This document shows, piece by piece, positions 29,537-39,741 of a stretch of 64,000 nt of DNA. The notes below the pieces were generated by a model, which saw nothing but the letters and a program-made list of their open reading frames with translations, was not told the origin of the DNA and did not search any database. The position numbers and the translations under genes are program-made. The stretch is from Gammaproteobacteria bacterium (GTDB taxonomy: Bacteria > Pseudomonadota > Gammaproteobacteria > CBDBNL01 > JAAOII01), in contig OZ242372.1 of the NCBI GenBank assembly GCA_965209035.1, positions 2,048,001 to 2,112,000 on the forward strand, written 5' to 3'. Position 1 is the stretch's first letter. Each line of letters starts with the position of its first letter.

Positions 29537-31429
29537 CTAAAAACCGACTCGGATTTCGTTTTGTCCAATCTCACAACGGACAAAGGCGACCTTTTGGACA
29601 CCGGCATTTTTGAGAAGATCACCAATCTTTTGTTTCGGGTCCTTGATGGATGCCTGCTCGCTCAGAGACAATTCCTTGGCATACTTTTTTAATCTTCCTT
29701 CAATCATTTTGCTTTTAATTTCGGGCGACTTGTCTTCATCCTCTGTTTGCTTTATGTAGATTTCTTTTTCTTTGTTCAGGATTTCCGGGGAAACATCTTC
29801 CGGTCGCACAGCCTGCGGACTCATGGCGGCAACCTGCATTGCCAGATCGTAACACAATTGCAAATCGGGTTTATCCAATGCAACAATTGCTGCGATACGA
29901 CGATTTGTATGCAGATAGGATGCCACACAGCCGCCTTTTTCCGCACTCAGCCGAATAAAAGGCGCCAAAACAATGTTTTCTCCCATTTTTTGCCGCGTAT
30001 CGGCAAATAACTTTTCCGTTTCGTTGTCCTTTTCAAACAGCTCGTCCGGTTCGGAAGATTGCTGTTGGTGTGATTTGACTGCCAATGTTTCCGCAAGGCT
30101 GATCATATCCGCATTTCTGGCAACAAAGTCTGTTTCGCAGTTAATTCGGGCAATGGTCGCCGTGTTCGCTTCCGCTTCCGTATGCACAGCCAAGAGTCCC
30201 TGTAAAGCGTCCCTGTCCGCTTTCTTTAGTGCCTTAACCTTACCGGTAATACGTAACTGCTCTATTGCCTTTTCCGAATCCCCGCCGGTTTCAATCAGTG
30301 CTTTTTTACAGTCAAGAATACCCGCTCCCGTTATTTCGCGCAGTTTTTTAATGGTCGCCGCGCTGATGTCGCCCGAAGGAAGCGTCTGAATCGGCGGAAG
30401 CGGCTTTTTATCGGCTATATGATTGCCGTCTTGTGTTACGGCCTCCCGGTGTTCCTTATTGGAAGGCGATGCGGTGTCATTTGGGGTCGCAGATGCGGTG
30501 TTATCCCTGTTAGTTTGCGTCTCGGCTTCTGCCGTTTCCGTCCTTTGCTCCTTGGCGGGTCCTGTTCTTCTTTTAATAAGGGTGGTGTTAATATGTTTTT
30601 CGGGTTCCGGCTGCGGCGCATTGTCCGAGTCGTCTGCTTCTTCATTCGTTTCTTCGAACTGCCGGCCGATTCGCCGGCCCGAATGCTCTTGCTCGGATGA
30701 CTTTTGCCAATCCGGTTTCGTTTGCCCCGGGCCTATGCCTTCCTCTTCCGCCACCTTAGTTCCTTGCTTAAAAGAGTCCGTAATAGCGGTCAAGTATAGT
30801 TCAATCGCTTTCACCGAATCATCGTTACCGGGAATGGCATAATCGGCTTGGGAAGGATCACTGTTCGTGTCCACCACCGCAATCACAGGTATGCCGAGTT
30901 TAATGGCCTCGGCGGCGGCAATATGTTCATGCTTAATGTCAATGATGAACAGGGCATCCGGTAATCCGCCCATATCGCGAATACCGCCGATATTGCGTTC
31001 CAGTTTTAACATTTCCCGCCGACTCATCATTGCTTCTTTTTTGGTGAATTGATCCAAAGAGCCGTCCGTGCTTTTCTTTTCCAAGTCCTTCAACTTTTCT
31101 ATGGACGCGCTCACAGTTTTGTAGTTTGTTAGCATCCCGCCCATCCAGCGATGATTGACATAACATTGTCCGATAGATTGGGCATGCCGGCGAATGAGTT
31201 CGCGAGCGGTTTTCTTTGTCCCGACAAACAAAATTTTATTTTTTCTGCGGGCAATGTCATACACTGTTTCACTTGCCTGTCTGAGCCGAACAAGTGTCTT
31301 ACTTAGATCAATGACATGAATGTTGTTATAGGTGCCATAGATATATTTCCGCATTTTGGGATTCCAGTACCGAGCCCGATGCCCGAAATGTGCTCCCACT
31401 TTTAGCAGTTCGTTGATTGTAACTTCCAT
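29537..31429 (-). CDS. rpsB-tsf: Fused 30S ribosomal protein S2 / elongation factor Ts (630 aa)
   Basis: aa 1-~223 are S2 (GAHFGH..WNPKM, RW.GGMLTN, VDTN.DP, IPGNDD); aa ~354-630 are EF-Ts (IKKLRE.TGAG..DCKKAL, NCETDFVA); the frame is continuous. Confidence 0.92.
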   Translation of the reverse strand: MEVTINELLKVGAHFGHRARYWNPKMRKYIYGTYNNIHVIDLSKTLVRLRQASETVYDIARRKNKILFVGTKKTARELIRRHAQSIGQCYVNHRWMGGMLTNYKTVSASIEKLKDLEKKSTDGSLDQFTKKEAMMSRREMLKLERNIGGIRDMGGLPDALFIIDIKHEHIAAAEAIKLGIPVIAVVDTNSDPSQADYAIPGNDDSVKAIELYLTAITDSFKQGTKVAEEEGIGPGQTKPDWQKSSEQEHSGRRIGRQFEETNEEADDSDNAPQPEPEKHINTTLIKRRTGPAKEQRTETAEAETQTNRDNTASATPNDTASPSNKEHREAVTQDGNHIADKKPLPPIQTLPSGDISAATIKKLREITGAGILDCKKALIETGGDSEKAIEQLRITGKVKALKKADRDALQGLLAVHTEAEANTATIARINCETDFVARNADMISLAETLAVKSHQQQSSEPDELFEKDNETEKLFADTRQKMGENIVLAPFIRLSAEKGGCVASYLHTNRRIAAIVALDKPDLQLCYDLAMQVAAMSPQAVRPEDVSPEILNKEKEIYIKQTEDEDKSPEIKSKMIEGRLKKYAKELSLSEQASIKDPKQKIGDLLKNAGVQKVAFVRCEIGQNEIRVGF

Positions 31430-31553
31430 AATTTTCTTATTTCAAGGGTTGTAACAAATTCTCTTTTCTACAAACCGACGCTATGCGCACCCTGATCTGT
31501 AATGTAAAAAAAGAATGATAATATAATTAATTTTCCTGTAAATTATAACACAC
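31430..31553 (-). promoter_or_regulatory. rpsB extended -10 promoter and S2-type autoregulatory leader
   Basis: GTGTGTTATAAT at 31542-31553. Leader TACAGATC-AGGGTG-CGCATAGCG-TC-GGTTTGTA...ACAACCC resembles the gammaproteobacterial S2 leader (GGGU internal loop plus AACCC). Confidence 0.6.
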
Positions 31554-31749
31554 GGCGTTTGTAAAGAACAACTTGTGAGGCAAAAATTCTTATTACGCGG
31601 ACGGAAAAAGAATTCGTTTTGGAGAAAGGTTGCCCGGATAATAAACCGATGTCCGTCGATGTCCGTATTCTTTGGAATTTTGTGGGTTGCGACGACTTCT
31701 GCGGGATGATTCAATACGGACAAAACTTGTCTTTTTTAATCTAAAAAAT

Positions 31750-32149
31750 TCTATCGGCGACCCGGTTCTTGCAAAAATACCAAAAGTCCGAAAATAGGTG
31801 GGATTATACACGCTCATCCGCATCATCGGTGGCCGCCGCATTCCATCGGGTCGTGACAGCAAACGGCAGCACCCACTGGCATACCCATACTATTTTATTT
31901 TTGGGGAAACCACAAATGAATGCACACTGTGAACGATTCAATCGCACTCCTTAAAAATATCTCGGGGGAAGAGTTCGGTTGTCATATGCGACATCTCCTA
32001 TTTAAAGGATATGCCGGCATTCAATGCCAAGTTCATCGCATGGCTGGCTTGGTATCATCGCGAACATCCCCATTATGCTCTCAAACAACTCTCGCCGATC
32101 CGGTTTTTACAAAAATAAAAAAGTCCGAAAATAGGTAGGATTATATGCA
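31750..32149 (+). mobile_element. Degenerate IS481 3' fragments with two right ends; copied at ~36189-36588
   Basis: Frameshifted remnants of FHRVVTANGSTHW, KPQMNAHCERFNRT, EEFGCHMRHLL; ends GGTGGGATTATACA and GGTAGGATTATATGCA. Confidence 0.85.
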
Positions 32150-32224
32150 TGCAAACTTGTAAATCGGTGTTATAATGCTAACCTTATAAAAAAATTGTAT
32201 AAACCAGTAACTCTTAAATAAAAA

Positions 32225-34702
32225 ATGATCAATAAACTTAACCTTTTATCAGTTCGGTCGGCGAAAGGAACAGCCGGCCAACTGTCCCGCCCGGCATTCG
32301 CACGGGGTCTTAATAATGTTCCGAATACTTCAAAAGCTTTTTCAAAAGCTTTGATGTTGTTTGTTGGGCGAATTGCGTTGCCCTTAACGGCAGTTTCCAA
32401 TGCTTTCCGGCGGATGAAACGGTCATCTCGTTTGGCTCGTTTAGGTCGTTTAGTGTGCACCGTTCTGCTGGCAGGCACATTCGGCTTGGTCCTTGCCGGT
32501 TGTGGCGGAGGCGGCGGTTCCGGCGGCGGAGGCGGTGATCCTCGTGCTGTTGCCAAGATTGGAGTCAAGGCAGGTGAGGAGCATATTCTCGTGAGTTGGA
32601 ACAACCCGGATCAGGCGAATATCACCGGGTTCAATATTACTTGGGTCAATGTTGGTAATGATGCCGATGTGAACGATAAGGGAATGAGGATCCTTACTGA
32701 TGCTGATTTGCTGCAGCCCGGGAGTCGGGTGATGTACAACATTACGGGTCTAACCAATGGCAAACGCTATGAGATCAGGATTGCGGTGCTTTATGCGGAT
32801 GGCACATCCTCGACCTTGGTTTCCGTTCAAGGCACGGCCGGGATGGATCCGGGTGACGGCGGTGATCCCAATTTTCCGGCTGTTTCCAATGTCCAAGTCA
32901 TGGTCAGTGGAAATAATATTACCGTGAGTTGGACCAATCCGAGTCAGGATGGTCAGGAGGCTATCATCGGGTTCAATATTAATTGGATTAATGTGGATGA
33001 TAATGCCGATGCGAACGATAGAGGAATGGAACCATTTAATCCTCCCATGGCAAATGTTACAGCCGGTGCTTCGGTTACATATAAGATTCCGAATCTAAAC
33101 TATGACAACACCTACAAGATCACAGTTTCGGTGCGTTATGCGGGTCGTCAAGATCCCGTCCCTTCGACTGCGGTTGAAGGCAAAACCGGAATCAATCCGG
33201 ATATTGATGGTGATGGATTGTTGAATACGGATGATAATTGTCCGCTAGATAGGAATCCGGGGCAGGATGATAATGACACAGATGGGTCAGGCGATGCCTG
33301 TGATGATGACGATGACAATGATGGCACAAAAGACGCAGAGGATGCGTTTCGCACAGATGCATGTGCCAGTACCGACACGGATAAGGATGGCATGCCGGAT
33401 CGTTTGGTTGCCGGTTGTCAAAGTCCAACAGGCTTGACCGAAGACTCGGACGATGACAATGATGCTGTCCCGGATGAGACGGATGTGGATGACAATAATA
33501 ATAGTCTCATAGAAATTCGCAATTTGGATCAGTTAGCCCTACTGCGCGGCGATCTGAATGGCGATGGGGATGATGATGATGAGAATGACGGGATTACCGC
33601 GGTGGGCACTGTGGGTTGTCCGAGTTCCGGCTGTGCCGGTTACGAACTGACCCGCTCGCTCAATTTTAGCGATGCGGATTCCTATAACGGAAGCAGTGTT
33701 AATATGGACGACTGGACGGATCGCGATGGCAGCGGCTGGGTGCCGATTGGCTCCTGTGTTGCCGTTGATGATTGCACCCCTTATACGGGAATCTTTGATG
33801 GCAGGGATTATGCTCTTGCCGATCTGTTCATTGCTGCGGAGGCTACCGACAATGGAGTGGGCTTATTTAGTGCGTTCAATGGTAGTCTTCAAAATCTGCA
33901 TCTCCGGGATGTGAGTGTCAGTGGCGGTGCCAGTGATGTGGGTCTGCTGGTAGGCCATGGAAGGAATGCCCGTTATGTAAATCTGTTGGTTACTGGTGGC
34001 AGTGTGGTGAGTCCGGGATCCGACGTGGGCGGACTGGTTGGAGATGCGGATAGTGCGGAGATTCGCTATGCCGGTATATCCGATGTAGATGTTTCCGCGG
34101 GGGGAAATACTGTAGGCGGACTGGCTGGATCTGGGGAGATGATGGATATTCGCTATGCTTATGCATCCGACGGAAATATTTCCGGAGGCGCTCGTGTTGG
34201 CGAACTGGTTGGAGATGCTGATAATGCTGATATTCGCTATGTTTATGCGTCCGGCGGAAGTGTTGCAGGCAGCAGTGGTATTGGCGGACTGATTGGAGAT
34301 ATATCGAGCACTCAAATTCATGTTTCTTATTCCGCCACCGGATCTGTTTCAGGAGCTGGAATTGCTAGTGGCTTGTTCGGTATTTCCGATTCAGAAACCT
34401 TCGTCAATGTTTCCTATTGGGATACTCAGACCACCGGGCATTTAACCAATGACGGTAATTTTGGTGTGGGCTATACCACAACAGAATTGCAATCACCGAC
34501 CGATTTTACTACCGCCGGCGCGGATGGTTCGGACAATATCTATGCCGACTGGGACGGCATCTGGTGTCATCCGGACACGGGTGAAGTGATGGAAGTGGAT
34601 GATCAACCGGCCGGATTCTTAAGTGTTTGGGATCTTGGTAACGAGATGCAATACCCGGCTCTGAACTGCATGCCGGGCGGCCTCTCGGCACAGGGAAGAT
34701 AA
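32225..34702 (+). CDS. Surface lipoprotein/adhesin: 2 FnIII-like domains, thrombospondin type-3 repeats, GLUG-like domain
   Basis: Lipobox LAGC at Cys93 followed by a Gly linker; VSW.NP...YNITGL; DGDG..DNCP...GDACDDDDDNDG; GGLVG repeats; WDLG..YP.LNC end. Confidence 0.8.
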   Translation: MINKLNLLSVRSAKGTAGQLSRPAFARGLNNVPNTSKAFSKALMLFVGRIALPLTAVSNAFRRMKRSSRLARLGRLVCTVLLAGTFGLVLAGCGGGGGSGGGGGDPRAVAKIGVKAGEEHILVSWNNPDQANITGFNITWVNVGNDADVNDKGMRILTDADLLQPGSRVMYNITGLTNGKRYEIRIAVLYADGTSSTLVSVQGTAGMDPGDGGDPNFPAVSNVQVMVSGNNITVSWTNPSQDGQEAIIGFNINWINVDDNADANDRGMEPFNPPMANVTAGASVTYKIPNLNYDNTYKITVSVRYAGRQDPVPSTAVEGKTGINPDIDGDGLLNTDDNCPLDRNPGQDDNDTDGSGDACDDDDDNDGTKDAEDAFRTDACASTDTDKDGMPDRLVAGCQSPTGLTEDSDDDNDAVPDETDVDDNNNSLIEIRNLDQLALLRGDLNGDGDDDDENDGITAVGTVGCPSSGCAGYELTRSLNFSDADSYNGSSVNMDDWTDRDGSGWVPIGSCVAVDDCTPYTGIFDGRDYALADLFIAAEATDNGVGLFSAFNGSLQNLHLRDVSVSGGASDVGLLVGHGRNARYVNLLVTGGSVVSPGSDVGGLVGDADSAEIRYAGISDVDVSAGGNTVGGLAGSGEMMDIRYAYASDGNISGGARVGELVGDADNADIRYVYASGGSVAGSSGIGGLIGDISSTQIHVSYSATGSVSGAGIASGLFGISDSETFVNVSYWDTQTTGHLTNDGNFGVGYTTTELQSPTDFTTAGADGSDNIYADWDGIWCHPDTGEVMEVDDQPAGFLSVWDLGNEMQYPALNCMPGGLSAQGR

Positions 34703-34766
34703 GCAGATAAGCAAGTAAGCGAGAAGGCAAAGCGGACAAGCAAAAGCAAGAAGCAGACCGAAATCT

Positions 34767-34792
34767 CGTTTGGCTGCTTCGGCGAGCCAAAC
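34767..34792 (+). other. Hairpin with C-UUCG-G tetraloop downstream of the lipoprotein gene (copy near 39388-39412)
   Basis: GTTTGGCT-GC-TTCG-GC-G-AGCCAAAC is identical in both units while the surrounding sequence diverges. Confidence 0.6.
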
Positions 34793-35139
34793 AGATCGTT
34801 TTGGCGGCGATGCAGTGTCTATGCAGCAGCTGTGAAACGAAGATGAAGCGTCTGTGAAGCGTCTATGCATCTTCTGTGAAACGAAGACGAGTGTGCGGCC
34901 AAGAGTGCATCTTTAACAAGCGCCGATTTTTCTACAAGTTAAACCCCGCAATCGGGCGCGGCTGGGACGGATACGGTGGGACGGCAAGGCAAGTCCGCCG
35001 GCTGTGTTTCTGATGCCGGTGAGATCGCGAATGAGCATCCTATCCTTTTCATCTCTTTTTCTTTTTTTACGGATGCCCGTATCCGCTTATTCTTGTTATA
35101 ATGTATCTATTAAATGTATCTATCTAAAAGATTTGTTCT

Positions 35140-35844
35140 ATGAGTTGGCTAAATAAGATTGTTTCCGGGGTTTCCGGCACGGAGTCCCGTAAAAAGGAAG
35201 TTCCGCAGGGTCTTTGGCAGAGGTGCACCTCGTGCAGTGCGGTTCTTTACAAACCCGAATTGGAAAAGAATCTGAATGTTTGCGGTAAGTGTGATTTTCA
35301 TATGCCGTTGCCCGCCGGTAAGCGATTGGACTTTTTCCTGGATAAGGGCGAAAGAATCAAACTGGGCGAAAAAATTCTGCCTGCGGATCCGTTGCGCTTT
35401 AAGGATAGCAAGCGATATAAAGACCGTTTGACACAGGCACGCACGGACAGCGGCGAAGATGAGGCCCTGTTGGTGATGGAGGGCACATTGGAAACGCGTC
35501 CCGTGGTTGCCGCCGCATTTGAGTTTAAATTCATGGGAGGGTCTATGGGTTCGGCGGTGGGACAACGATTTGTGGCGGGAGTCGAAGTCTGTTTGAAAAA
35601 ACGAATCCCCTATATTTGCTTTTCCGCCAGCGGCGGGGCGCGCATGCAAGAAGGATTAATTTCGCTGTTTCAAATGTCCAAAACCAGTGCCGCTCTCGCC
35701 AGACTTGCCGAGGAGAAGATTCCTTATGTTTCCGTGATGACCCATCCGACCTATGGCGGTGTCAGTGCCAGTTTGGCCCTGCTGGGTGATATTAATATAG
35801 CCGAACCGCGCTTGACTTATCAGCAGCTCATCGGGAGGCGGTAG
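35140..35844 (+). pseudogene. accD: Truncated accD copy (224 codons) fused to a foreign tail [10 protein letters not shown]
   Basis: Protein identical to 39742..40602 up to EPR; lacks GFAG.RVI and the C-terminus. Confidence 0.9.
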
Positions 35845-36169
35845 GTGAGCAGATGAGAAAGAAAGTGGCTGCAGCCGCCTCGCTAGCATGGTGTTTATCA
35901 GGATTGGAGTTTGAGGCAACACGATGAAGAAGACCCATTCAAAAGAAGATCCTCGGTGCAAGATCAAGTTGCAAGAGTTTGAGGAATTTTTCAGGCATCT
36001 GGCGAGTGCCAAGAAGTCCAAGACGTTAAAGGGTCAAGCGGGTTATGATCCTACCAAGAAAGAATTGGCACAGAGGTTTCAATATGATCCTAAAACAAAA
36101 AAAATTAATTTAATCGAAGAATGATCCGTACTTTCTTATTTTTTATGGGTAATCAAGTATATAATTCCC
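35813..36169 (+). mobile_element. Probable IS1595-family right-end remnant with a small passenger ORF
   Basis: RLTYQQLI resembles IS1595 transposase C-termini; the end reads GGGAATTATATACTTGATTACCC on the minus strand (36147-36169), exactly at the duplication junction. Confidence 0.55.
35924..36124 (+). CDS. Small basic hypothetical protein (66 aa)
   Basis: ATG with GAGG upstream; lies inside the putative IS1595 remnant. Confidence 0.45.
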   Translation: MKKTHSKEDPRCKIKLQEFEEFFRHLASAKKSKTLKGQAGYDPTKKELAQRFQYDPKTKKINLIEE

Positions 36170-36663
36170 CTTTTTTAATCTAAAAAATTCTATCGGCGAC
36201 CCGGTTCTTGCAAAAATACCAAAAGTCCGAAAATGGGTGGGATTATACACGCTCATCCGCATCATCGGTGGCCGCCGCATTCCATCGGGTCGTGACAGCA
36301 AACGGCAGCACCCACTGGCATACCCATACTATTTTATTTTTGGGGAAACCACAAATGAATGCACACTGTGAACGATTCAATCGCACTCCTTAAAAATATC
36401 TCGGGGGAAGAGTTCGGTTGTCATATGCGACATCTCCTATTTAAAGGATATGCCGGCATTCAACGCCAAGTTCATCGCATGGCTGGCTTGGTATCATCGC
36501 GAACATCCCCATTATGCTCTCAAACAACTCTCGCCGATCCGGTTTTTACAAAAATAAAAAAGTCCGAAAATAGGTAGGATTATATGCATGCAAACTTGTA
36601 AATCGGTGTTATAATGCTAACCTTATAAAAAAATTGTATAAACCAGTAACTCTTAAATAAAAA

Positions 36664-39336
36664 ATGATCAATAAACTTAACCTTTTATCAGTTCGGTCGG
36701 CGAAAGGAACAGCCGGCCAACTGTCCCGCCCGGCATGTGCACAGGGCATTCATCATTCTGTCCCAAATGTTTATCCTTTAATAAGGCTATTTACCGGGCG
36801 GATTATATCGCCGCTAACTGCGGTCTTTTTTAATGCTAATGCCGGCCTGCGGATGAAACGGCCGTCTCGCCCGTCTCGCCCGTCTCGTTTATCTCGTTTA
36901 ATATGCACCGTTCTGCTGACAGGACTATTCGGTTTGGTCCTGGCAGGTTGTGCTGGCGGTGGTGGCGGCAGTGGCGGCGGCAACTCTATTTCTTCCAACA
37001 TCTCGGTTGTCTCGAACATTCAAACCCTGGTCGGCGAGGATCATATTCTCGTGGGTTGGACCAATCCGGCTGAGGAGAATATTACGGGGTTTAATATTGT
37101 TTGGTTCAATGTTGCCAATGTGAGTGATGGCGACATGGCGGAACTTAATGCTACCGGCGCGGATGTTTTGCAAGGTGCCCGTGTGATATACAACATTACG
37201 GGTTTAACCAATCAAATCACCTATAACATCACGATTGCGGTACTTTATGAGAACGGCGATGTCGGGCTGTCATCTTCTGTGGGTAGCAGGGCCGGAGCGG
37301 ATGCGGGTGTGGGTACGGATATTGATCTTGATGGTACTAATAATGACGACGATGCGTTTCCGACGAATGCCTGTGCGAGCACCGATACGGATAATGATGG
37401 TGATCCGGATAGTGTGGTTGCCGGTTGTCAAACAGACTTGACGGCGGACCCGGACGATGACAATGACGGTGTGAATGATCTTGCCGACGACGGAATGAGT
37501 CCGTTAGATGCATGTCCGCGCGGCGATACAGGCTGGACTTCCGATACAACGACGGACCATGACAACGACGGCTGTCGCGATGACAGCAACGAGGATTTGG
37601 ACGATGACAATGACGGTGTGAATGATCTTGTGGATCTTTGCCGGCGGGGGGAAACGAGCTGGAAATCCAATAGGATGACGGATAATGACGGTGACGGTTG
37701 TCGTGATGCCGATGAGGATCCGGATGATGACAATGACGGCACAGAGGACACGGCGGATGTGGATGACAATAATAATAGCCTGATAGAGATTTACACTTTG
37801 GATGACTTGGTGCGGCTACGCGATGATCTGGATGGCAATGGGGTGGATGATGGCAATAACGGCACCATTACCGCTGTGGGTTCTGTGGGTTGCCCGGTCC
37901 CAGATGGCTGTGCCGGTTACGAACTGACCCGCTCGTTGAATTTTAGCGATGCGGATTCCTATAACGGAAGCAGTGTTAATATGGACGACTGGACGGATCC
38001 TGCCGGCAGTGGCTGGGTGCCGATTGGCGAATGTTCTGATACGAATACTTGCAACGCCCGTTATACGGCAACCTTTGACGGCGGCGGTTATCATATTGCC
38101 GATCTGTTCATCTCTGCGGCTGATGATGCGATTGGAGTGGGGTTATTTGCCTCTTTACAAGATGGTAGCATTCAAAATTTGCGTCTCTTGAATGCGAATG
38201 TTAGCGGTGGTGCCGCTAATGTGGGTCTGCTCGCGGGCTTTAGCGGCTCGGCTCGTTATGAAAATCTGTCGGTGATTGGGGGAACGGTAACGAGTCCGCT
38301 GCGGAATCGAGTGGGCGGGATGATCGGTTACGCGGAGAGCGTGAGCGCGAGCGGGTCGCACGTTGAGATTCGTAATTCCTATGTATCCGATATTGTTGTT
38401 TCCGGTAATGCTCAAGTCGGCGGTCTGATTGGTCAAGTCGGCGATATGGCTGGTCAAGTGGACGAGGCTACGATTCGTACTGTGTCTGTGTTCAATGTCA
38501 CTGTTACCGGTCGGGGGGCGGGGGTCGGCGGTCTGATTGGTCAGGCGGACGAGGCTACGATTCGTGCTGTATCCGTGTTCAATGTCAATGTCAATGTCAC
38601 TGTTACCGGTGCCGTTCGGGGGGTCGGTGGCCTGGTCGGAGTGGTGGATGCTGCTATGATTCGTGCTGTGTCCGTATTCGGTGGCACTGTTACCGGTAAT
38701 AATAATGTCGGCGGCATGATCGGTGACAGACCGGATGGTGGAAGCATTCCTGGCGGCACTCCAAATTTGGAGCCTGTTGAGATTCATCATTCCTATGTGT
38801 CCGGCGTAGATGTTTCCGGTGATAATCAAGTCGGCGGTTTGATTGGCAGAGGAGATATTAGTACTATTAATCATTCCTATGTGGTCGGCGGCACTGTTGA
38901 CGGTAGTAATAAGATCGGTGGTCTGGTTGGCGCTGGCGGGCCCGATATTCGTTATTCCTATGCGGCTACTCCTGTCTCGGGCAGCGGGAATGTCGGCGGG
39001 TTACTTGGTTCCAATGAGACACTTAGCACTTTCACACCAACGGTTATCGCCTCCTATTGGGATAATGAAATCACGGGACAGCCAACCAGTGTGGGCGGTG
39101 GAATGGGCCTGACCACCAACGCTCTGCAAAGCCCGACTACTTTCACAGGCATCTATGCCGATTGGGATAATTTTTGGTGTGATCCGAGGACGGGCGAAGT
39201 GAGAGAGGATTCTACTACTGACGGTCTGGGTGCCCCCTTTGTCCCTGTCTGGGATCTGGGCGAGACAGGCCAATACCCCGTTCTGAACTGTCTTTCTGTC
39301 AGCGTAGAAGATCAACAGCAACAGCAGCGGCAGTAG
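36664..39336 (+). CDS. Surface lipoprotein/adhesin: FnIII-like domain, expanded TSP3-like repeats, GLUG-like domain
   Basis: Lipobox LAGC at Cys96; D.D.DGC.D repeats; VGGLIG repeats; WDLG...YPVLNC end; paralog of 32225..34702. Confidence 0.8.
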   Translation: MINKLNLLSVRSAKGTAGQLSRPACAQGIHHSVPNVYPLIRLFTGRIISPLTAVFFNANAGLRMKRPSRPSRPSRLSRLICTVLLTGLFGLVLAGCAGGGGGSGGGNSISSNISVVSNIQTLVGEDHILVGWTNPAEENITGFNIVWFNVANVSDGDMAELNATGADVLQGARVIYNITGLTNQITYNITIAVLYENGDVGLSSSVGSRAGADAGVGTDIDLDGTNNDDDAFPTNACASTDTDNDGDPDSVVAGCQTDLTADPDDDNDGVNDLADDGMSPLDACPRGDTGWTSDTTTDHDNDGCRDDSNEDLDDDNDGVNDLVDLCRRGETSWKSNRMTDNDGDGCRDADEDPDDDNDGTEDTADVDDNNNSLIEIYTLDDLVRLRDDLDGNGVDDGNNGTITAVGSVGCPVPDGCAGYELTRSLNFSDADSYNGSSVNMDDWTDPAGSGWVPIGECSDTNTCNARYTATFDGGGYHIADLFISAADDAIGVGLFASLQDGSIQNLRLLNANVSGGAANVGLLAGFSGSARYENLSVIGGTVTSPLRNRVGGMIGYAESVSASGSHVEIRNSYVSDIVVSGNAQVGGLIGQVGDMAGQVDEATIRTVSVFNVTVTGRGAGVGGLIGQADEATIRAVSVFNVNVNVTVTGAVRGVGGLVGVVDAAMIRAVSVFGGTVTGNNNVGGMIGDRPDGGSIPGGTPNLEPVEIHHSYVSGVDVSGDNQVGGLIGRGDISTINHSYVVGGTVDGSNKIGGLVGAGGPDIRYSYAATPVSGSGNVGGLLGSNETLSTFTPTVIASYWDNEITGQPTSVGGGMGLTTNALQSPTTFTGIYADWDNFWCDPRTGEVREDSTTDGLGAPFVPVWDLGETGQYPVLNCLSVSVEDQQQQQRQ

Positions 39337-39741
39337 ACTGTCAGCAGCGGGTAAGTAGAAACGGAATAAAAAAGCAGACCAGGTCTCGTTTGGCTGCTTC
39401 GGCGAGCCAAACAGATCGCTTTGGCAGCGATGCAGCGGCTATGAAGATGCCGTGAAGCAGCAATGCAGTGTCTGTGAATCTTCTGTGAAACGGCGATGCG
39501 TGCGCGGCCAAGAGTGCATCTTTAACAAGTGCCGATTTTTCTACAACTTAAACTAAACCCCGCAATCGGGCGGGGCTGGGAAGGTAGGACAGTGGGACGG
39601 CAAGGCAAGCCGGCCGGCTGTGTTTCTGATGCCGGTGAGCTCGCGAATGGGCATCCTATCCTTTTCATCTCTTTTCTTTTTTTACGGATGCCCCTATTCC
39701 GTTTGTTCTTGTTATAATGAATTTATTGAAAGATTTGTTCG

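Noticed and set aside
32225-39336. Diversity-generating retroelement acting on the lipoproteins
   Set aside because: No reverse transcriptase in the window; the differences are domain-scale, not adenine-specific template/variable repeat mismatches.
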